Of a stretch of 40,726 bases of DNA, positions 16,701 to 23,191 are shown in pieces. Origin of the DNA: Candidatus Microgenomates bacterium. Its GTDB lineage: Bacteria; Patescibacteriota; Microgenomatia; UBA12405; UBA6130. The stretch is taken from positions 1 through 40,726 of the forward strand of contig WFSR01000062.1 in assembly GCA_015485895.1 (NCBI GenBank), written 5' to 3'. The notes under the pieces were generated by a model. The model saw only the letters and a program-made list of their open reading frames with translations, searched no databases and was not told the origin of the DNA. Positions within the stretch are counted from its first letter, which is position 1. Each line of letters begins with the position of its first letter. The position numbers and the translations under genes were made by a program.

Positions 16701-16783
16701 GAGTCAGATGAGCTGACGCTGGTGACTCTAGCAACAATCTGCCATTCACCGAAGACTCAGTTCTTGCCTGCAAGGGCGGATGG
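16701..16783 (+). repeat. direct copy of the conserved ~80-nt element
   Basis: gagtcagatgagctgacgctggtgactctagcaacaatctgccattcaccgaagac... aligns with 9472-9552. The stem gagtca/tgactc replaces gagtcg/cgactc, one compensatory pair. Confidence 0.8.
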
Positions 16784-16825
16784 CAAAGAAACATATACCT
16801 GAGACCCTAAATAAGGCTTGTTATT

Positions 16826-16864
16826 AATTTCAGTCCGATTTTTCAATTAAGTGGGACTGAAATT
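16826..16864. other. strong 11-bp hairpin upstream of thyX
   Basis: aatttcagtcc - 17-nt loop - ggactgaaatt. No T-run follows. Function unknown. Confidence 0.6.
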
Positions 16865-16979
16865 GCGTTATAACAGCTACGAATTTGCATAACAAACTTT
16901 TCTAGGTCACTAAAAATAACTGAAAGATCACTCTGGCGAGCTCCTTGCAACCAGGGCAGCAATAAGTTATTTTAAGATA

Positions 16980-18590
16980 ATGGAAAATTGGTCGCCAAAA
17001 GAAAAAAAGATTTTGCAAAAATACTTTACAAACACGCAGGCAAATGTTTTTGGTCTGGTTAACCTTCCCGAGGTAATTAAAGGAACTCTCTTTTCTCGTT
17101 ACTCCCGATCGGGTAAAAATTTGCGTCGCTTATTTTTAGACGAATTCTGGCAGCAAGACCAACTACGGCAAATACTTCCCCAAAGGAACAATTATGAAAA
17201 TCTCAACATCAGTCGGGCCGAAAACTTCTACGAACGGGTTCTAATTGGTTACGGTGATGATTCAGTTGCCGAATTGGGTGGAGCCCATATAGCCCTAGAA
17301 AATATTAGTGTTTTAGCTACCAAATCTTTCGAGGAGCATCGCCTTGGCCTTTCGTTTTTAGAGAAATCAACCCGCTATGTTTATTTCGACCAACGGGATA
17401 AAAATGGCCACTATCGTTATTATCGGCCGCCGAAAATCATTAGGTCGCCCTTTGCTCACCTTTATCAGCAAACCGCTGATAATCTTTTTGACACTTATAG
17501 CCATTTAGTCCATGAGCTTCAACCAGCTCTTCGACGTCTTTTTCCTGGCGACGAGAATGATCCTGCTTATCGTTTTTCCATTAGAGCTAAAGCCTGTGAT
17601 TTAGCGCGCCCCCTTTTGCCTCTAGCTACTCTCACCAATATGGGCATTTACGGGAATGGTCGTGCTTTTGAATATCTCATCACCACTCTTTTAGCCTCAC
17701 CGCTTGGCGAAGTTCGTTTATTTACTCAAGCAATAAATAAAGAATTACGGAAAATTATCCCCGCTTTTGTCAAACGGGCTACAAATGAAAAAGGCCAACA
17801 ATATCGCCAATATTTGCAAAAACGGCAACAACGACTGACGCGCTGGCAGCACCAATGGCAAACCAAATCACCTACAGGCAAGGTAGCTGTTCAGTTGGTC
17901 AATTTTGACCATCAAGCCGAGGAAAAAGTGCTTCGGGCTATAGCTTATCCCTGGTCTAATCTTCCAATGCATCAGCTTAAAAGGAAAATTAGCCAAATGA
18001 AGCCAGCTGATCGTCAACGTCTTTTCCACGATTATCTGGCCGACCGCCAAAATCGCTTCCATAAGCCAGGCCGAGCCCTTGAAGAAGCTTATTTCGCTTT
18101 CGAAATCAGCGCTGACTGGGGGGTATATAAAGATCTAATGCGCCACCGAATCCTTAGCCGCTATCACCAAATTTTCAGTAACCAATATGGCTATCGCATC
18201 CCTCCTTATCTCCGCCCAGCTGGTTTACTTGCTCCTTACCGTCGAGCAATGGATCAGGCCCAAGAAGTTCAGGTTAAAATTGCTAAAGAAATGCCTGTAG
18301 TCAGCCAATATCTCGTTACTCACGGTGCTATAAATCATTTCTATATCCGCCTCAATCTCCGCGAGGCGGTGCACTTAGTGGAGCTTCGCAGTCAACGCCA
18401 GGGGCATCCTTGGTATCGTCAGGTTGCCCAAGAAATTGGCCGGCAAATTACCGCTAAATTGCCTCTTTTGGGAAAATATATTTTCCCTTTCTTGGATAAC
18501 CATGATTATAATTTGGAACGATTGGCCGCTTTCCGCAAAGTAATGAAAAAAGCAAGAAATAAAAATATTGTTCCCTTTCCAGAAAATTAA
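16980..18590 (+). CDS. thyX: FAD-dependent thymidylate synthase, long form
   Basis: ThyX motif RHRILS within DLMRHRILSRYHQ. 536 aa, about twice the minimal ThyX size, with a degenerate motif-like segment (LFSRYSRS) in the N-terminal half. Confidence 0.78.
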   Translation: MENWSPKEKKILQKYFTNTQANVFGLVNLPEVIKGTLFSRYSRSGKNLRRLFLDEFWQQDQLRQILPQRNNYENLNISRAENFYERVLIGYGDDSVAELGGAHIALENISVLATKSFEEHRLGLSFLEKSTRYVYFDQRDKNGHYRYYRPPKIIRSPFAHLYQQTADNLFDTYSHLVHELQPALRRLFPGDENDPAYRFSIRAKACDLARPLLPLATLTNMGIYGNGRAFEYLITTLLASPLGEVRLFTQAINKELRKIIPAFVKRATNEKGQQYRQYLQKRQQRLTRWQHQWQTKSPTGKVAVQLVNFDHQAEEKVLRAIAYPWSNLPMHQLKRKISQMKPADRQRLFHDYLADRQNRFHKPGRALEEAYFAFEISADWGVYKDLMRHRILSRYHQIFSNQYGYRIPPYLRPAGLLAPYRRAMDQAQEVQVKIAKEMPVVSQYLVTHGAINHFYIRLNLREAVHLVELRSQRQGHPWYRQVAQEIGRQITAKLPLLGKYIFPFLDNHDYNLERLAAFRKVMKKARNKNIVPFPEN

Positions 18591-18609
18591 AAACGAAGTA
18601 AAATAAAGG

Positions 18610-20391
18610 ATGAAATTTACGAAATTTAATTTCATCCCCTGGCTAATTATTTTTTTGGGATCTTTTAACCTCTGGACAACTTTTTTTCCCACCCAACATT
18701 CCCCCTTAAGTCACTTTTTCGACATCCTTTGGCCATTTTCTAGCACCAATAGTCGGGCTTTCCTAGCTATCGCCGGGCTTTCACTTTTTTACCTAGGTAT
18801 TGGTTTAGTGCAACGCCGTAAGACGGCCTGGCTTTTGGTAGAGATTTTCCTCACCGCCAGTGCCGTGATCCAATTTCGGCATTATAACTCTCTTGAGGGA
18901 GCACTTGCTAACCTATCATTGGCCATTTTTCTCTTTTTCCAGCGCCAGCAATTCTATGGATCTATCCTTTCTCTCAGTTGGTGGCGAGCACTTACTTTTC
19001 TAACCGCGATTAGTTTCCTTCTTTTTCTATATCTGAGCCTCATTTTTTGGCTAGCTAGTCACTATTTTACCACCCCTTATTCTTGGCTTACAATTACTAA
19101 AATTGTTATCGCTTCTTTTTGGCACCTCCATTGGCAAGGACCTAACTTAGGTATTCCACGCCTGAACTGGTTCTTTGCCACTCTTCCCTGTCTTTTGGGT
19201 GTTTTTACACTTTATAGCTTGACTCTTCTTTTCCATATCTCTAGTCAGCAGCAACAACGACAATATTTAGCTTGGGATAAAGCACGAAAAAAACTCTATC
19301 GCTACGGCCACACCAGCGCTGATTTTTTCAAGCTTTGGCCAGCTAATCTTCGGTTCTTCTTTTGGAAACATTCTTTCATCGCCTATTGGATAAAGGGCAG
19401 CAACTACCTAGTGGTCGGCAACCCGGTGGGGCCTAAAACGGAGAGGTTAAAAATCACCCAAGCATTTCTCCATTTTAGCGGCCGACAAAACGCCAACCCT
19501 CTTTTTGTAGGTATTGATGAAGAGAGCCAACGCCTCCTAGAAAAAATCAATCTTAGCAGTATTTATATTAGTGACGAAGCATTTATTGACCTCCGGCGCC
19601 ATCCCGATGACATTAAAGACCTTCGTAATGTAAAAACTAAGCTCGAGAAACGATGGGGATACCACTTTACTATCTGGCGACCACCGTTAACAACAAAACA
19701 GCTAAAACAACTACGCAAGGTTTCGCAATCATGGCTTAGAAGCTTAAACCGTAGGGACGGAGAAGCCATATTCGGATCCGGCTGGCTAACAAATATGGTT
19801 CGCGCCAGTTGGGTACCGGTAGTCTTGAATCCTAGCAATCAATCGGTGGCGTTTCTCACCCTCTACCGTTCATTCCGGCACAAAACTATGGTGGTAGACC
19901 TAATGCGTTATCGCTATCCAGCAAAAAATGGCATTATGGAATACCTCGTCAGTAAAACTTGGGAACAGCTAGGTAACCAAGGTTGGCAATGGCTCGATTT
20001 AGGAGCGGCACCCCGCCAAGGCGCTCGGCTAAAAAAGCCGCCACTTGCTCTCCCTATCCCTAAGGAAGTGCCTAATTTCCAAGCTTGGCGGGAGGCAATT
20101 AAACATCTTCCACGGACAACTCTAGCATTGCCCCAAGCAATCCGCTACCAAGGAGCCAACTTTCTTTACTTCAGTTTCCTGGGAGTTTTGGCTACCAGCT
20201 ATCGTGGCTTGCGGCATTTTAAAGACAAATTCCAACCCCGTTGGGAACCACGTTACCTTGCCTATCTCGATCTCCCAAGTCTCCTTTACACCCTTTGGAT
20301 TTGGCGCTGGCAAAAACCAAAGCCCTTAGGACGGGAGATTACCAACCCAAAATACTATCGAATTCTTCTCCGCCACAATCTAACCAGCTAG
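18610..20391 (+). CDS. MprF-like aminoacyl-phosphatidylglycerol synthase (TM domain + LPG-synthase C-terminal/DUF2156-like domain)
   Basis: About 6-7 N-terminal TM helices, then YGHTSADFFKLWP...IAYWIKGSNYLVVGNPVGP and VVDLMRYRYPAKNGIMEYLV...WLDLGAAP, which are typical of the MprF C-domain. Confidence 0.62.
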   Translation: MKFTKFNFIPWLIIFLGSFNLWTTFFPTQHSPLSHFFDILWPFSSTNSRAFLAIAGLSLFYLGIGLVQRRKTAWLLVEIFLTASAVIQFRHYNSLEGALANLSLAIFLFFQRQQFYGSILSLSWWRALTFLTAISFLLFLYLSLIFWLASHYFTTPYSWLTITKIVIASFWHLHWQGPNLGIPRLNWFFATLPCLLGVFTLYSLTLLFHISSQQQQRQYLAWDKARKKLYRYGHTSADFFKLWPANLRFFFWKHSFIAYWIKGSNYLVVGNPVGPKTERLKITQAFLHFSGRQNANPLFVGIDEESQRLLEKINLSSIYISDEAFIDLRRHPDDIKDLRNVKTKLEKRWGYHFTIWRPPLTTKQLKQLRKVSQSWLRSLNRRDGEAIFGSGWLTNMVRASWVPVVLNPSNQSVAFLTLYRSFRHKTMVVDLMRYRYPAKNGIMEYLVSKTWEQLGNQGWQWLDLGAAPRQGARLKKPPLALPIPKEVPNFQAWREAIKHLPRTTLALPQAIRYQGANFLYFSFLGVLATSYRGLRHFKDKFQPRWEPRYLAYLDLPSLLYTLWIWRWQKPKPLGREITNPKYYRILLRHNLTS

Positions 20392-20395
20392 TTCG

Positions 20396-20497
20396 TAACT
20401 GTTAAGCCTCAAATAAATGTTTCACTTTTAACCTAGCGAGACGCAGGAACTCTAAAAGCTAAGAAACGCTAAATAAAGAGAAGGAAGACTAGAATTT
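20396..20497 (+). repeat. ~100-nt repeat module shared with 21942-22040
   Basis: taactgttaagcctcaaataaatgtttcacttttaacctagcgagac... versus taagtgttaagtctcaaatgaacgtttacacttttagcctagcgaaac..., roughly 80% identity by eye. Confidence 0.8.
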
Positions 20498-20503
20498 GCC
20501 TTT

Positions 20504-20650
20504 CCCCGTCATCCCGCCCTTTCTTATGAAAGAGCGGGGTCTTCAGTGAGTGTCTAATTGACATTGATGGTTCACTACCCACTGAAGATCCTGAAACCCC
20601 AGGCCCCGACGTGACGTCGGGACGGAGCGGGTAAATTCAGGATGACGGGG
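20504..20650. repeat. 147-bp element with perfect 11-bp terminal inverted repeats (CCCCGTCATCC / GGATGACGGGG) enclosing three consecutive hairpins
   Basis: hp1 at 20513-20538 (cccgc-c-ctttc ttat gaaag-a-gcggg). hp2 at 20541-20587 (cttcagtg...cactgaag). hp3 at 20588-20643 (atcctgaa...ccccgacgtgacgtcggg...ttcaggat). Confidence 0.85.
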
Positions 20651-20743
20651 TGTTGATAACTATTGACAGAGGGTGTGAATGTTTATCTGATACTCAACAC
20701 CTAGCAATTGTTTTTAACAACACAAAAATTCTCGCCAATTTCG

Positions 20744-20752
20744 TGCTATTAT
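20744..20752 (+). promoter_or_regulatory. extended -10 box (TGcTATTAT) 10-13 nt upstream of the CBS gene start
   Basis: tgcTATTAT, then aaagaaaagg, then GTG ATG. Confidence 0.4.
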
Positions 20753-20762
20753 AAAGAAAAGG

Positions 20763-21833
20763 GTGATGGAAAAAGTAAAGCAAGTGCTACGGCATCGTGG
20801 TTACAAAAAAATCACCATTACTGCTAATGCTAGCCAGGCTCTTGCCCACCTACAAAGTTCGCATGATGCCCTCTTCGTTTTTCAAAAGAAAAAGTTTTTA
20901 GGAGTGGTAAATCTTTATTACTCTTTTCTTCGCCATCACCCTCAACCTCAAGAGAAAATTGAGCGCCTGCTTTACCATCCACCTTGTTTGGCGCCCCATA
21001 ATTCACTCATTAGGGCAGCTAAATTAATGGCCGAGGCCCGGCTCTATTGGTTACCGGTTGTTGAAAATGGAAAATTCTTAGGAGTAATCAGTGCCACTGA
21101 TATTCTCCGTCGACTAGCATACTCCGCCGCCGCCAGTCGGCCCCTGGCAGCAATAAAACTCTCGCCAGCTATCTATTTAGATGAAAAAGCCACCCTAGCT
21201 CAAGCCCGACAGCTAATGCTTAAACATAGAGCTAGCCGCCTTATTGTTCTCCAACATAGAAAACCAGTCGGCATCCTCAGTAGCTACGACCTCCGCCAAA
21301 AGCAATTAACACCAAGTTGGTCACGGCTCCGTTTAGGCAATCACATCAATAAAGAAAATATGCCAGTTAAGCTGTTTTACCACCACGGGCTAGTTACTAC
21401 TAACGACCAAACTACCATCCGGCAGGCTTTGCGTCAATTATTAGCTAGTAAAACGAAAAGTTTAGTTATTCTTCAAGGGGAAAATATTATAGGCTTAGTA
21501 AGTTACCGTAATTTACTCAAATATTTTACCCAACCCAATTTTTACCCCTTTTGGAATATTAGTTTTCGCCTGAGGCTTCCCTTAGAGGAAAAGATTTTCC
21601 TAGGCAATTATTTTCAACGCCTTTTTCAACGAAAGCCTATCCTTAGGGAAAAAATCCAGCGTCTAGATTTAATCTTCAGCCGCCAAACACAACGCCCTAA
21701 CACCAAAACATATCAAGTAACTACCCGCGTTTGGGCTACTGGGCAAAGAGCGTTTACTCTGGTTATCAAGGGAGGACATTTTCGCCACCTCCTCAGCAAA
21801 GTCAGCCGACAAATAAGAAGACAGCTGAAATAG
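20763..21833 (+). CDS. four-CBS-domain protein with an HPF/RaiA-like C-terminal domain (tentative)
   Basis: Four CBS-like repeats ending GVVNLYYSFL, GVISATDILRRL, GILSSYDLRQ and GLVSYRNLLKYF. The last ~95 aa follow a beta-alpha-beta-beta-beta-alpha pattern like the ribosome hibernation factor. The start may be the ATG at 20766. Confidence 0.7.
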   Translation: MMEKVKQVLRHRGYKKITITANASQALAHLQSSHDALFVFQKKKFLGVVNLYYSFLRHHPQPQEKIERLLYHPPCLAPHNSLIRAAKLMAEARLYWLPVVENGKFLGVISATDILRRLAYSAAASRPLAAIKLSPAIYLDEKATLAQARQLMLKHRASRLIVLQHRKPVGILSSYDLRQKQLTPSWSRLRLGNHINKENMPVKLFYHHGLVTTNDQTTIRQALRQLLASKTKSLVILQGENIIGLVSYRNLLKYFTQPNFYPFWNISFRLRLPLEEKIFLGNYFQRLFQRKPILREKIQRLDLIFSRQTQRPNTKTYQVTTRVWATGQRAFTLVIKGGHFRHLLSKVSRQIRRQLK

Positions 21834-21941
21834 CCAAAATAAGCACCCTCGCCTAATTCGGGGCTAGCTCTCCACCACATTGGCAACACCCAAAATTATT
21901 ATGGGGCTAAGTCCACCAGCTGATGGATTGGAACTAGAGAT

Positions 21942-22040
21942 TAAGTGTTAAGTCTCAAATGAACGTTTACACTTTTAGCCTAGCGAAACATAAAAACTTT
22001 AAAGGTTAAGAAACACTAAATAAGAGAAAAACTTAGGATT
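21942..22040 (+). repeat. second copy of the ~100-nt module (see 20396-20497)
   Basis: Direct alignment by eye, same orientation. Confidence 0.8.
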
Positions 22041-22065
22041 CAAGCCCGTTCTGTTTGTCCTTTCT

Positions 22066-22160
22066 CTTGTCATTCTAAAAACCTCCGACGTTACGTCGGA
22101 GGGGGTTCAGAATCTTCAGCTGGGTGTCCGATTTACATTATTAGCAGTCAACTCTCTGGG
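22066..22160. repeat. reverse-oriented, partly degenerate copy of the three-hairpin element
   Basis: cttgtcattctaaaaacctccgacgttacgtcggagggggttcagaatcttcagctggg... matches the reverse complement of 20588-20650. hp3 is preserved (attctaaa / ttcagaat around cctccgacg tta cgtcggagg). Confidence 0.7.
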
Positions 22161-22221
22161 GATCCTTAAGCCGATTTTTGATTGGGTAAGACTCGGGATT
22201 TTATTTTGCCGCTCATTTGTG

Positions 22222-22227
22222 TATAAT
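22222..22227 (+). promoter_or_regulatory. -10 box TATAAT 9 nt upstream of tRNA-Tyr
   Basis: gtgTATAATtgagactag, then C1 of the tRNA at 22237. Confidence 0.5.
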
Positions 22228-22236
22228 TGAGACTAG

Positions 22237-22320
22237 CCAGGGGTGGCAGAGTGGTCAATTGCAACGGTCTGTAAAACCGTCGGGTTTATCCCTGCGAAGG
22301 TTCGAATCCTTCCCCCTGGA
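22237..22320 (+). tRNA. tRNA-Tyr (anticodon GTA), long variable arm, C1:G72 acceptor end
   Basis: CCAGGGG/CCCCTGG acceptor, U8, anticodon loop CUGUAAA, 15-nt variable arm, GAAGGTTCGAATCCTTC T-arm identical to E. coli tRNA-Tyr, and A73. It is followed by CCg. Confidence 0.88.
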
Positions 22321-22348
22321 CCGAGGTTATTTTTTAAAAAGGCATTAT

Positions 22349-22522
22349 ATGGCTAAAAAAAGCAATCGCATTATGGTTGGCTTAGTCTGCACAGTTTGCG
22401 GGTCCTTTAATTACATTAGCGAGCGCAATAAAGTTAATACTAACGAGAAATTAACTGTAAAAAAATATTGCCCCCACTGCCGCCGCCGGACAATCCATAA
22501 AGAAACACAAAAATTTAAATAA
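22349..22522 (+). CDS. rpmG: 50S ribosomal protein L33 (zinc-ribbon form)
   Basis: MAKKSNRIMVGLVCTVCGSFNY...KKYCPHCRRRTIHKE. The longer ORF starting at 22217 would run through the tRNA-Tyr gene. Confidence 0.9.
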   Translation: MAKKSNRIMVGLVCTVCGSFNYISERNKVNTNEKLTVKKYCPHCRRRTIHKETQKFK

Positions 22523-22525
22523 AGG

Positions 22526-23191
22526 ATGATCACCAACATTCTTAATTTTCTTATCTCCTTCATTACCACCATAATCAGCCATTTTGGTTACTGGGGTATT
22601 ATCTTGGCAATGGCAACCGAATCCGCTTCCATCCCCCTCCCTTCGGAAGTTATTATGCCCTTTGCCGGATTTCTAGTCAGCCAGCAAAAACTTCTCTTCT
22701 GGCCTACCGTTTTTGCCGGAACATTTGGTTGCCTTTTGGGTTCTCTTGCCAGCTGGTTTTTAGGTTGGCAATTAGGCGAGGATTTGCTTCGTCTCGCTAT
22801 CCGCCGCTATGGCCGCTTTCTTCTAATTTTCGAGTATGAGCTTGACGGGGCTATCAAAACTTTTCGTCGTTACGGAAATCAAGTGGTCTTTTTTTCTCGC
22901 CTTCTGCCTGTAGCCCGCACCTTTATCTCTCTCCCTGCCGGCATCGCCGAAATGCCCCTTTTAAAATTTAGTCTCTACACCTTTGGAGGTTCGTTGCTCT
23001 GGACACTGCTGCTTACCTGGTTAGGGGTCCGCCTTGGCGAAAACTGGGCACAATTAGGTATCTGGTTTCATCGTCTTGACGCAATTATTAGCATTGCCTT
23101 AATAGCTCTCATTGTTTGGTACCCTTGGCATAAAATTCGTAAACAAAAGCGCTACCAAAGAGAAAAAGCATCCATGACCAGACAAGTTTAG
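22526..23191 (+). CDS. DedA family membrane protein
   Basis: GYWGIILAMATESASIPLPSEVIMPFAGFL plus RLLPVARTFISLPAGIA. Confidence 0.85.
   Translation: MITNILNFLISFITTIISHFGYWGIILAMATESASIPLPSEVIMPFAGFLVSQQKLLFWPTVFAGTFGCLLGSLASWFLGWQLGEDLLRLAIRRYGRFLLIFEYELDGAIKTFRRYGNQVVFFSRLLPVARTFISLPAGIAEMPLLKFSLYTFGGSLLWTLLLTWLGVRLGENWAQLGIWFHRLDAIISIALIALIVWYPWHKIRKQKRYQREKASMTRQV

Noticed and set aside
16784-16979. Folate/THF-type riboswitch upstream of thyX
   Set aside because: I cannot recognise any known riboswitch consensus by eye. Only a generic hairpin is present, and it is reported separately at low interest.
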